Made by a program: the position numbers and the translations under genes
Assembly (NCBI GenBank): GCA_040954595.2
Contig: CM082587.2
Span: forward strand, 10,607,403-10,671,402
DNA from: Balanoglossus misakiensis
Lineage: Eukaryota; Animalia; Hemichordata
DNA length: 64,000 bases
Direction of reading: 5' to 3'
The notes under the pieces: generated by a model
Database searches by the model: none
The model's input: the letters and a program-made list of their open reading frames with translations, nothing else
What the model was told of the DNA's origin: nothing
Part shown: piece by piece, positions 13,401 through 26,100 of the stretch
Layout of the letters: each line of letters starts with the position of its first letter
Numbering within the stretch: position 1 is the stretch's first letter

Positions 13401-14899
13401 TTCTGGATGTTGCAGGTCCCTGGATTGTCCAAATACATTCTTGTAGAATGTAATAATTATCATCTGGGTATCCAGTGCTGTGAAAGGTCCCTGAGACACC
13501 AGTTTCCAAACCACCACATGTTCCTGAACATCATCAAAATAAAAAGAAAGGGTTTATTTGTGTGATGAATGGTCATAAAGCTTCAGCTCTTCAAGTTGAA
13601 GAAATTTCATTGATGATAAAATTACTTCACCAACAGTGAGTATCCAATGTACATGTATAAAACAAATTTTATATTAGTATAAATCAAATGTAAAATTTTG
13701 AAACAACATTTATCACACCCGAAAATTCCAAGAACAGCATATTATTATTCTCTAAGCTCAAACTATCAGTGTGAAAGATGCCAGATTCTTAAAATACTTG
13801 ACCCAGTTTTGTTTCTGATTTATAATTATGAAATACTGTAAAACAGGAAATTTTTCGTGATATCAAAAGTGACAACTTTTATGCGATGATTAATTTTCAA
13901 ATTCTCATTTTTCACTGCATTGTTATCTTCGAAAAACATTTTTACACAACTTGTTTATTTTCGTGTTTTTTGGCTCTCGCATAGTTCGTGAAATATTTAT
14001 AGCTCGCGAAAATTTCCTGTTTTACAGTACGAAATTCTTTGAGGATCAGAATTTCTGCTGACAGTTCAAAAGTAGTCTGTAGTTGCAAAGGAGATGTACA
14101 AATAATTATGGTCTGGTAGTTTGAGGTTGGCACATATCAGTTCTGTTGTCACGCATATTTACAAGATTCTTTTGTATAATGACTTCAAGCCAAAACTACA
14201 CTATACCACACATTTAGGAAACTTGGTCTCATCACCTGGGCCCACTTTGCAATGATGTTGAGGTGAGCGTAGAGAATATGATTGTTTCAGACCACTTGCC
14301 AAAAACATACCTGCACATCCAATCTCATCAGAGAAATCACCATCACCACAGTCAACTGTACCATCACAAACCCAGTCAGGATTTATACAATTACCATTGG
14401 AGCATCGAAAGTCACCTGAACAAAAATTATTTAAAAAATAAAGATAACATTTACATTGATGGATATTTTTTTAACTTTTGTCATAATACTGATATATCTT
14501 ATTAATTTTCTGTATGTAGGAAAGGACATGAAAGTTTTTGTATCAAACCCATAAGCTTTTAAGTTTATGAACAATATCACACGATCAATATTGTATCTCT
14601 GCCAAAAGTAAAACTGCTTTAACAAAAAAGCATGAAAACCTGTTTCACATAAATAGTCTAAAAGTATAATTTAAAGATAACAATTCAATTAATGAGTGGA
14701 ATTATCTAGCGACAAAATTACTGGCCAGAATGAAGTAACTCTCCTCCGTTTTGAATTTCAAATATAACACCATTCTGCACCGCAGGAGACATGATCTCAT
14801 CTGATCCCCTTTGTTTAACTTTTAGTGGTGAGCTCTTCCAAGTCTAGATGTTTAAAGTTTAATATCCTATCACATGTATATCTTGTATGGCTTAGGGGA

Positions 14900-15205
14900 C
14901 TCTCTCACTCTCTCCCTCCCTCCCACCCCCTCTCCCTCCCCCCTCCCTCTCTAGCTCTCTCCCTCCCCCTCTCCCTCCCTCTCCCCTCGATCCTCCCTCC
15001 CCTCTCTCTCCCCTCCCTCCCCTCTCTCTCCCCTCCCTCCCTCTCCCTTTCTCTTACCGCCCCCTCCCTCCCCTCTCCCCTCCCTCCCTTTCTCCCACCC
15101 TCCCCTCGATCTCCCACTCCCCTCGATCCCCCTCCCCTCTCACTCTCCCCTCCCACCCTCTCCCTCCCTCACTTTTGCTCTCTCTCTCTCTCTCTCTCTC
15201 TCTCT
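14900..15205. repeat. Polypyrimidine (CT/CCCT) low-complexity tract
   Basis: ~300 bp almost entirely C/T, ending in (CT)n. Confidence 0.95.
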
Positions 15206-17195
15206 TAGTGTAGGGAAGTGACCACAGCAGTGTGAGAAAAGTAAAGACCTGATGCTAGTAAGGGCAGATTCTAGTTGATTTGAATCAGACTTACCCTCAG
15301 CACAAGCTGCTACTTCACACATTGACGGACTGACATCATCACATCTTGCATGATACCATGGGTAATTATTTTCAAAGAGGTTTAACCTCACACATTGCCC
15401 AGTGGAGGCATCAGGTTCTGTGTCTGCCCATCGACCATCAAAGACACTACCTTTCCTGCCATCTGAATAATCATATTCCACACTGCCACCTGGATTGGGT
15501 CCACTAAATCCTATAAAATGGAAATAAAGAAAGAAGATGCATACAGCAGTGTTTCATCCAGGATGGGGGGATATGTCCCCCTTTGCAAGAATAGTTGCAC
15601 TCTTGCAAGGAGGGGAATGAGTGACATCGCTGAGTCTGTAACGGGCACCATTTCCCCCTTGACAAATTTCTAGGGGGTGCCAACATGCTGACAGTGGGCG
15701 AATTCCCCCATCCCTCCGTCTGGATGAAAAACTGCATACAGAGTCACTTGGCAAGATTTTGTGAGGTGATTGAGATGTAAAAAATAGGCTTTTCAATTAC
15801 CATCTTGAGACAATTATCATTCAAGTGTTACTATGCAGTGCTCACTTGTAAACTGTCAAATTCCAAAACCAGTTATTTTTTACACTTGATACACCCACAA
15901 ATTATTTGGGAACACTGAGAAACACTGTTAAAAGACACACTCACCAATCCAACCATGGTTCGCTGTTTCATTGGAAGTCTCTTCAATCTGGTTTACAATC
16001 TCTGCTCCAGCATAAAGATTTTCAGAATAACCCTCAATTACTGTCAAGTGCCCACCATAAAATCTGAAAATAAACCAATTTATAACACATCAAACATGTT
16101 CCAAACTAATTTCGAAATTCCAGTCCGAGAATAATACCTTTCCTCTTTGAAAACATTTAATATTGGTGAATAAGAGGTTCATAAATGTATAACATTAGAT
16201 TTTTGTTTGTAAAGTCTATAATTTGTGTTACACCTTTCCAATAAGTGTGTAATTAGTGTAGATTTCGGCAGAATTTCTGGGAAAAAAGAATCTGTGAAAA
16301 ATTCACCTGAATTTTGGGGAGAAAAAAATCTGCTGAACGTTTCCTTTCAATAAAAAAGTTCAGCTTAATTTTTTTAGAGAAAACATGACAATTTCCAGGA
16401 AATGGCTGTTGTTGTTTTGTTTTGTTTTTGGTGTGAATAAACTTAAAAGACAAATTCTGATACAGTTGCATCAAGGTGATGGAAGAAAATCCCAGATTAA
16501 CAGGATATTTGGAAAATTTATCCAGAATTCCAAAATTAGTTCGAAATGTGACATTGTGTTATCAATGATCTGTGTTGAGCAGTCGAACGATGAACGGGTA
16601 GTTGACAATTCCCACGAGCACACCCCGTACCCTTTCTCGGTAGTTGCGCCGGGCCGGTCGGCAATGTCACAGAAAAAGTGGTACGATATGCCAGCTGAGT
16701 CATTCCTAGTCTAAAATTCAGAGTATACAAGGCCGTCTCTAGCTAAATATTATAATAACTATCGAGAAAGATGGCAATATCAGCGAATGTGGGGCTGCAG
16801 GCATGCAGAATATATGACCAAAGGATCCGCGTGAAAAAAAGACAATTACCTACTTTGCTACCGTGGGTCTTTGACTGATTAATACTCGATAACGTGCATC
16901 AAAGCCAGCCCAGGCTTCAGGGGCATAATATTCCCGAGTTTATACGCGAAGAAACCAAGAAATATTCATGAGTATGTCGACAGAACTTGTCTTTTAGCTC
17001 AAATTTGACCTGGCTTAAGGTCACTGCGACAGCGCAGCCAGCGGTAGAATTCCTGATTCCCGAATAACTAACTCTCGCGAGAGTTGATCTAGTGCGCTTG
17101 CGCAGTGTGCGAAATGTTTGTCCTACCGCTTGGATTGGAGGGTAGGGCACTTTCCGACTGTATTGTTTACAAAGTGACCTGCGGTTGCTAGGATA

Positions 17196-20100
17196 ATGCC
17201 CGAGTTTCAATGCGCAGTTACGGGTTGCAAATCCCATACACGGAAGTTGCGTAATTTAGATAAGTACCCGTTGATGTCAGGAGTGACTTTCCACGCATTT
17301 CCGCATCGAATTTACCAGAAAAATATTCGCCGAAAGTGGATATCAGCGTGCCACCGGGAACCATCTTGGATTCCCAACAAGTTTTCAAGGTTATGTTCAC
17401 GCCATTTCGATGAACATAATGTTCCGTCAACGGGTGACTGGAAGCACAACATCGTCCCACATAAATTTGCATATAATGACTGGGGGCAACGGAATTCATC
17501 AGAATCATTACGTCCACGAAACCTGTGGCAGCAACGCCAACGGATTTACGATGTACCGGTACACACGGTACAGGCCGCCGCTGAGCAGACGGTAGATTTT
17601 GCGACCAGTTGCCGACCCACGTCTGGAGTTTCTGCTGACTGCTGCCTCGGAAGCCAAACGTGTCACCCGTCTGTGTCCACCAAATGTAAGTACTACATGT
17701 ATACCGCTTTGAACGTCCATGTGCACCCGTCAAATGACGTGTGAAAATACAAGTGGTTGTCTCATGTACTTTTCGTTATCACAACGTACTAAAACATTTA
17801 CGATCACCGATCTGGTCATTGACAAAAGTTTCTCGTTTGCCGTACTTTCTTTCTGTCGGCATGAATATTGCTAGGATATGAAAACGCTGATAATTTGAAG
17901 AGAAAAATGTATTGTCTCTTGTAACCTAACGAAAACTGGTCACCATTCACAAACGCGGATGCCAAAACCACGTTGATATCAACGGCGCGCTTGTGCGCGT
18001 CTACGCGTGTGATAATCAGCGCGTCTGCGCCGCCATGTGTTCAATGCATGCCGGTGTTGTGCCGAATTCGGTACCATGCCGAATCACGGGCGTCATGGAA
18101 CAATTAGAGGTTATAAACGGCTAGCGAGGGTATTTGGTTGCGGATATAAGACCTCTCAGGTGAAAATTAGCATATTTGGCGGGAAATAATCACCGAGCGA
18201 AGCGAGGTGATTATTTCACCCAAATATGCTAATTTTCACCTGAGAGGTCTTATATCCGTACCAAATACCCGAGCGCACCGTTTATAACCTCATTATAATA
18301 TGATTTTGCTTGATAAAGATAAACAATTTCCTTATTTCAAATCCGTTGTTTATTTAGAGGTTATAAACGGCTAGCGAGGGTATTTGGTTGCGGATATAAG
18401 ACCTCTCAGGTGAAAATTAGCATATTTGGCGGGAAATAATCACCGAGCGAAGCGAGGTGATTATTTCACCCAAATATGCTAATTTTCACCTGAGAGGTCT
18501 TATATCCGCAACCAAATACCCGAGCGCACCGTTTATAACCTCATTATAATATGCTTTTGCTTGATAAAGATAAACAATTTCATTTTTTCAAATCCGTTGT
18601 TTGGTTGGGGATAAATCGTGCTAGTTCTAGGGCCTCGTCGCGCACTGTTCCAGAACGCGCAAGCTGAGCTTGTGCAAACGCGTTCTAGAATTTCTAAAGT
18701 CACGCGATTTTATGCCACCGCCAATAGAATGTGGAAAGTGCGTTCTATTCAGGCGCGTTCTCTTCTACGTGTTCTATTTCGGTTACTTTTTATTATAATA
18801 TGCTTGGTGTGAATCTAGCTCCCTGATTGGCTGGAGCCGGGGTTTATATTCTCGACAAGAAGACCTAGTACCTGGACCCTGAACAGTGAATAGTTTTTAA
18901 AAAAGTAACCGAAATAGAACACGTAGAAGGGAACGCGCCTGAATAGAACGCACTTTATGAATTCTATTGGCGGTGGCATAAAATCGCGTGACTTTAGACA
19001 TTCTAGAACACGTTTGCACGAGCTCAGCTTGCGTGTTCTGGAACAGTGCGCGACGAGGCCCTTGAACTAGCACGATTTATTCTCAACCAAACAACCGATT
19101 TGAAAAAATGAAATAGCTTATCTTTATCAAGCAAAATCATATTATAATGAGGTTATAAACGGTGCGCTCGGGTATTTGGTACGGATATAAGACCTCTCAG
19201 GTGAAAATTAGCATATTTGGGTGAAATAATCACCTCGCTTCGCTCGGTGATTATTTCCCGCCAAATATGCTAATTTTCACCTGAGAGGTCTTATATCCGC
19301 AACCAAATACCCTCGCTAGCCGTTTATAACCTCTAAAAAAACTATTCACTGTTCAGGGTCCAGGTACTAGGTCTTCTTGTCGAGAATATAAACCCCGGCT
19401 CCAGCCAATCAGCAAGCTAGATTCACACCAAGCATATTCTTTACTATCAATCACGTGATCTGGCAATGTGTCACATGGCGCAGTCATTTCCAGATGACGG
19501 GCAAGCAATATTTCGGCATCCAGTAAAAGTTTTTCCGATTATGTTTTTACTTTAGAACCGCCAGACACATAACATGTATCGGGTATGATGCCTCATCAGC
19601 CTCATTGCATTTCATCTGCACAGTCTTTGTCTGCACCACGTAAGTCCACGTTGCTGAAGTTGCCCGTCATCTGGAAATTTCAATGCGAACGTAACTGCCG
19701 TCTGAGCGCGTCTGACGTCATTTGATAGCGAAGAATTATAATTGGGGATAAATCGTGCTAGTTCTAGGGCCTCGTCGCGCGCTGTTCCAGAACGCGCAAG
19801 CTGAGCTCGTGCAAACGCGTTCTAGAATTTCTAAAGTCACGCGATTTTATGCTACCGCCAATAGAATGTGGAAAGTGCGTTCTATTCAGGCGCGTTCTCT
19901 TCTATGTGTTCTATTTCGGTTACTTTTTAAAAAAACTATTCACTGTTCAGGGTCCAGGTACTAGGTCTTCTTGTCGAGAATATAAACCCCGGCTCCAGCC
20001 AATCAGCGAGCTAGATTCACACCGAGCATATTATAATAAAGTGTATAGATAAACGCGACGTCCTCAATGAACAAAGAATAAAATATTTCATGGGTTTGTT

Positions 20101-23100
20101 TGGTGTGGACGAGAAATGCACTAAAGCTAGGTCAGTGTTAACTTTATGTGCAAAACCACACCGTACGCGTATCTAATAGGGGATAGGCACCGTGTGTACA
20201 TGTATACGATCTCGTCTTGAGCAGTAAAGGCGATGTCTACGCATGCGTGCGCGCCCGCAACTGATCTGTGTACGTGAGTACACATATATACAGGGTATGA
20301 AACGAATTTTCAGCCCACCGCCATTTGGCAACTATTACGAAGAGAATCGCTACCAAATCAGAGTATGCGTTTTAGATGACAGAGAAACCTAATGTCTGGC
20401 TTTTCAATTTTCAAAAGTCGGTCGAACATTCGAGATATTATCGATCGAAAAGTGTCACTCGTCCTGGGGACGTGCGTTACCGACGTAAAATGGCGTTTGG
20501 GCGATGTCGCAAATTTCGCCATGAAAGGTATACATAGGACAAACTGTTTTCATGCAAAAAAAATCATAGCAAATATAACAGTGATGCACATGAACAACGT
20601 CCACCATGACTGGGAGGAGCTGAGCTGAGCTCACGCATAGTTTCATACACATGATATAAAACCCGGCGATCGAACACGGCACTTCCGGTCACCAGATTCG
20701 CAATGGTTTTGTATACGGATTTGTTGTATTTTTCACGTTTTCCGTTTTTTATTCATGATTAATCCAACACTTTTCAAGACACATTCTAAGCAAAAATGAA
20801 AATTATTGACTACACTTCGATGGCACTCTCTGCTCCGTAGAAAGAAGTGTCCCCCCTGTCCCCCCTTTTTGGTAACGCACGTCCCCAGACTCCATGTGAG
20901 CGATTGCATACCCTTCCTTACATACACTGTATACGAACGCGTCTGTCCTGGCTAGCAACGGAGTCGTACGATCGTCTGCCGCGCGCGCTGGGCCGGGCGC
21001 GTGCGCGCGTGCGGTTGTAGATTGCTCCATCACTTCCGTGTTCGGCGCGTTCGGTGGCGCTAGTGCGTTCGCTCGCATATTTTGCGTGTCCAGCTGTAGC
21101 TAGGCCGTTCGTGAGTGTAGTTCTCGTTCACATAAAAAAAAGGAAATAATTTATTGTGTATTCGTTTAGACCTATGCTAAGTTATCCATACACTTTATTG
21201 TTCCATGACGCCCGTGGCCGAATACGTCCCCGCGCATGCCTTGACAAACAAACCATGGCTTCTAAGGGATAAGATCGGCAGGTAAAGCTGCCGATTTCAG
21301 CCCCGTTGCCGATTAAGACCCCAACTAAAGTCATGTTAACTATTGAAACCTAAAATTGATGGTTTCGGCCTAAATGGGTGAATATCTGCCCATGGCCTTG
21401 CTGCAGTTTGCAGCCCCTCCATCTCCCCTGGACGATTTTTGGTTTTGCGGGGAGAGGGCGGGGCTGCAGGTCCCAGCTATTCTAAACCGCATAACGAGCG
21501 ACCGGGATTAGGGCCCGGAGCGAACTTCTACACTCCAGACGTCTCCAGTCCACAATTTTCCACAAATTTTTCGCCAAATCGGTCCCGGAACCCATTCAGC
21601 GCTTACCTGGCAAAGGATGTCGCGGTATTTGTCGATTTTGCCTACGTTTTCTCCAGTTATTCAACTTCGATCGTCAATGGGTTTCAAAACAGCCGCCATC
21701 TTGACTTGTATACTTGACCCATGAAATATACAAGTCAAGATGGCGGCTGTTTTGAAACCCATTGACGATCGAAGTTGAATAACTGGGGAAAACGTAGGCA
21801 AAATCGACAAATACCGCGACATCCTTTGCCAGGTAAGCGCTGAATGGGTTCCGGGACCGATTTGGCGAAAAATTTGTGGAAAATTGTGGACTGGAGACGT
21901 CTGGAGTGTAGAAGTTCGCTCCGGGCCCTAATCCCGGTCGCTCGTTATGCGGTTTAGAATAGCTGGGACCTGCAGCCCCGCCCTCTCCCCGCAAAACCAA
22001 AAATCGTCCAGGGGAGAGGGAGGGGCTGCAAACTGCAGCAACCCATGGCCCTGATTTGTTGGTGGAATGAAATTAAATCCTTGCGGTAATGCAATGTCCA
22101 AGTTTACAGTGCAGTACAATGTACATTCATGCATAGCCTTACATGCACGTTGGATGGCAAAACTTTCACACAAGAAAATGCAATATTTCAGACACAAGTT
22201 ACTGATGACCCGAGCTTTTACTCTTACATAAGTTTGCGTGCATGAACCATGTTTTGGTTTGCAGTGGAAATTCTAGTCGAAACTACTGCCAACTTAGGGG
22301 AGGCATCGGCCGCGCGGTAAGGGCCTGGTCAGAATTAACAGGGGGGGTAGGGCCGGTGCGATTGGGGGGAGGGTCACCATTTCTCATGCAACGGTTTGGG
22401 GGAGGGCCGCTACATTTTGGGCACTTGTCAAGGGGAGGGTCATTAATTTTTGTGCAAGGATGACACCGATAATGTCAAAAATTTGAAGTGTTACAGAGAA
22501 ATCCTGAAAAGAGACTTGCGCTCATATAGGCACTCCTGTATGGATGTATTGACATCCCTTGTACTACAAAATACATCACACAACTCACAAAACATACACA
22601 TGTACCAGTATGTGATCTTAAACCCCCTAACCCTAACCCTAATTAGGGTCCAACGGGCATTAGGGGACCTGAGATTTCGGGCTCTAACCCTACTTCCTTG
22701 CCAATGTTTGTTTTACCCCTCCTTTTGATACAATGTAGGTAAACATGTAAACAACAACAACAAATATCAACAAAAACAAGTCAACCCTTCCATGTTTTTT
22801 AAGGTCGAGTCCCCCAATGCCCAACTTATGTCTTGTTTGGCCAAAAAAAGAGGGTTAGAAAAAATTGTTTGGATTTATTTTGTTATCTTTTAGGTTGTTG
22901 TTATTGATTTTGGTCCCCTGTCTAACCCCAGCCTTTAAAAAAACATTTTTAGAAAGGCCAAAAAAATGCCTTGGTGGGTATATGCAAGTTGCTCCAGACG
23001 GCAAGTCCAAATTGTGCATGGATGGATTTCTTGGTAGGTACTTTTAAATTTTACATAAACCATAACAAACTATATATTTTCAGAAAGGTCTCGGCGAGTT

Positions 23101-26100
23101 CTATAACATACTAAAATTTGACCAACTTTGAACTTGACCTTGAAAAGTTATTGCGGAAAAACCTATTGAAAAAAACATACTTTTTAGGGTACGCGGTGTC
23201 ACCCCCTTAATATAGTTGGAAACCACTGAAAATTACAGGATAGATTGATAATAAGTTGTTTTAATGTGGTGTGGTGAAAAAAATTTGAAATTCGAAGGTC
23301 AAGGTCAACTTCGCCATTGCTTATAGTTGTTGGTTTACCTATGTCGGATTTCATTATCCTTTGACCTTTGACCTCGAAATTTGGTACACAAGTAGAGTGT
23401 CTATCTATAAACTCTTGACAAAAGTTACATTTAAATATTTTAACATAAAAGCACTTTTTTGACCAAAAAGCAAACTTCTGTAAATTAGCTGTAAATTAGC
23501 TTTTTTTTAATATACACTTTGCTTTTTTAAGATTATTTTTTTATTTTAAGCATTTCAAAGATGAAACTTTCCAGAAACCATCATGAGATGTTCTAGAATA
23601 TAAAAGTTCTAGAATATAAAAAAGTTTACACTTTTGAGATTGGACGCCATTAAGTATTCCAAATGTTGTTGCAAAATAGACTGAAATAATGCCCATAGAC
23701 TTAACATGTATAAAAACAAAAGAATAATTTTTTTGGACACTTGGAAATTTTTTTTTAATGTATTTGTTTTGTCTTTTATATATGATATAGAGTAGTAATT
23801 GCTCTATTCAAAACACTATTTGGTTTAAAGATCTGATTTCATTTAGTCTTTTATTTTAATTTATTCTATTGTAATTATGCATGTTCAAGTATAGGGAAAA
23901 TATTCAGTTTTGAGGTTAAGTTTGCATTACTTTTAACACACTTAGGGTTGGGCGATCTTCAAACTGTAACCAGTTTTGAGACCACCAATAACTGCTCTAA
24001 AACATATTGAAGACCGGATGTAAAATCATTAAGAATAAATTTATAGGTGGGGCCACAATAAAGGGATGTAAAAGAAATTATTTCGCTTTAATTGCATGTT
24101 AAAGAATAGGAAAAAAATGATAACATTAGAGACCCTATCCTAAAATGTAAAATAAAGGAGCTTAAGAGCTGAATTTTCCAGGAATGATAGACATTTAAAT
24201 TCTCTATTCTGGGGTACCTTAATATCTAAGAAATGTAGACAAGAAGTTATAAAAATATAATTATGAAACAAAATGTTTGTGCCTCATAGGCTTTACACTG
24301 TAGAAAACAGGGTGTCATAGGTAAAAAATTAGGAAAGTAAGAAAACATGTCATTTAAAGCTTGTAATTTTCAGAGACTGTTAAGAACATGTTGGGATACT
24401 ACCTACATTTTTTTAAAGTTGTTACATGTACAGCAATGCCAGTAACTATGGATACAAACTAGGTAATTCATAAACCTCATATAGAACTGTGACATCACTT
24501 TACTTTTGGCACACCTGTTTATTTATTATTAAAGATTTCACATCGGGTCTTCAATATGTTTTAGAGTAATAGTTGGAGATCTCAAAACAGTTTACACTTT
24601 AAAGATAGACCCACTCCAAGTGTTACAGTATTATTGCAAACATTACCTAGAAACAGTGATTCACCCTATACTTTAAAATGATTGTAGACATAAGATCCAC
24701 TGTAACATCACTTTACTTTTGGCACACCTGTTTATTTATTATTAAAGATTTCACATCGGGTCTTCAATTAAATAATAACACATGTTAGCGAGGGCAATAT
24801 CATGATCTTTGGCCTGCACGAGGGATGATGATCTCTGACCATAATATTGATGATGCCCAAGCCGCAGGCGAGGGTATCATCAATATTATGGTCAGAGATC
24901 ACCAGCACGAGGGCAGGCCAAAGATCATGATATTGCCCGAGCATGACATGTGTTATTAATTTTATTATACCGAACATTTGACCATACATACAGCCTAGAG
25001 GGTTGCGTCCATGTCGTACATTGCAGGTTGCCGGAACTAAAATATCTCGCCATACCTACTTCGAACTCAGATAATCTTGAGGAAACCGCGCTGTTGGTTG
25101 CGACTTTGGTGTATTTACTGCCCGTTTGCGTTAAAATATCGTCCAGTTGAACAGCTGTTAATCCTGTGTGTCGCTTTGAAGCCATATATGCGGGAGTTGA
25201 CTGATCGTAAAGGAAGCCATTGAACGACAGTTTGTTATGCGCAGAAAAGATGCGCAGAACCTAAAACCCGTTCTCAGCCTGTAATATTCTCTCAGCGCGC
25301 GCGTATCCCCGGCCCGTAGCCCCTACCAACGGGCCATATACTCTGTCAACCATGTAATATCACGTTCTTTTCTATGTCACGTGGTACGGTCTCAGCCAAT
25401 CAATAGTACGGAATACAGAGTGAGGTATAATAATATGTTTTAGAGTAATAATTGGCGATCTCAAAACAGCTTACACTTTAAAGATAGACCCACTCCAAGT
25501 GTTACAGTAGTGTTGCAAACATTACCTAGAAACAGTGATTCACCCTATACTTTAAAATGATTGTAGACATAAGATCCACTGTAACATCACTTTACTTTTG
25601 GCACACCTGTTTATTTATTCTTAAAGATTTCACATCGGGTCTTCAATATGTTTAGAGTAATAATTGGCGATCTCAAAACAGCTTACACTTTAAAGATAGA
25701 CCCACTCCAAGTGTTACAGTAGTGTTGCAAACATTAGCTAAAACTTACATTTTCCCCAACCCTAACCCTAACCCTAATTTCTTAAGGGAAGGGGAGCACA
25801 GTACGATATTTTACCCACAATTCTCCATGATTTGTATCATCGAGGTTGTCCATTTAATAACTTTTTCTGTTTTAGATACTAACAATGATATGAAGTACAT
25901 ATAACTGTATTTATCTAGGAAAAGTATGTTGAGGAATAAGAGTGAAAATTTCAAAATGAATATTTAAAAGCCATATGAATCAAAGTATTCATGTACTGCA
26001 AATGTCACACTTTGGAGGAAACAAGCAAATAACTAACTGAGGTGTATTTAATAGTGGTCGACAATTTTCTGTACACATGTGAACTTTGCCTGGTTTGACT

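Larger units (their letters stand above)
18085..21216. mobile_element. 1.2-kb P-element-like non-autonomous element (copy 1, interrupted by Crypton-like stack)
   Basis: TIR cacgggcgtcatggaacaat; 7-bp TSD gccgaat (18078-84, 21217-23); body is the reverse complement of 32260-33470. Confidence 0.85.

Noticed and set aside
14825-15208. Pro/Leu/Ser-rich and Gly/Arg/Glu-rich ORFs
   Set aside because: Translations of the CT low-complexity tract.
17196-17744. Stand-alone 182-aa THAP gene
   Set aside because: A donor site at 17686 splices in phase to downstream transposase exons, and it lies just inside the TIR.
21439-22000. Twin identical ORFs on opposite strands
   Set aside because: A by-product of the foldback palindrome, with non-ATG starts and no domain.
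22624-25777. (CCCTAA)3 tracts at ~22624 and ~25757 as telomere remnants
   Set aside because: Only three units each, inside a non-autonomous element; boundaries of any carrier element could not be fixed.
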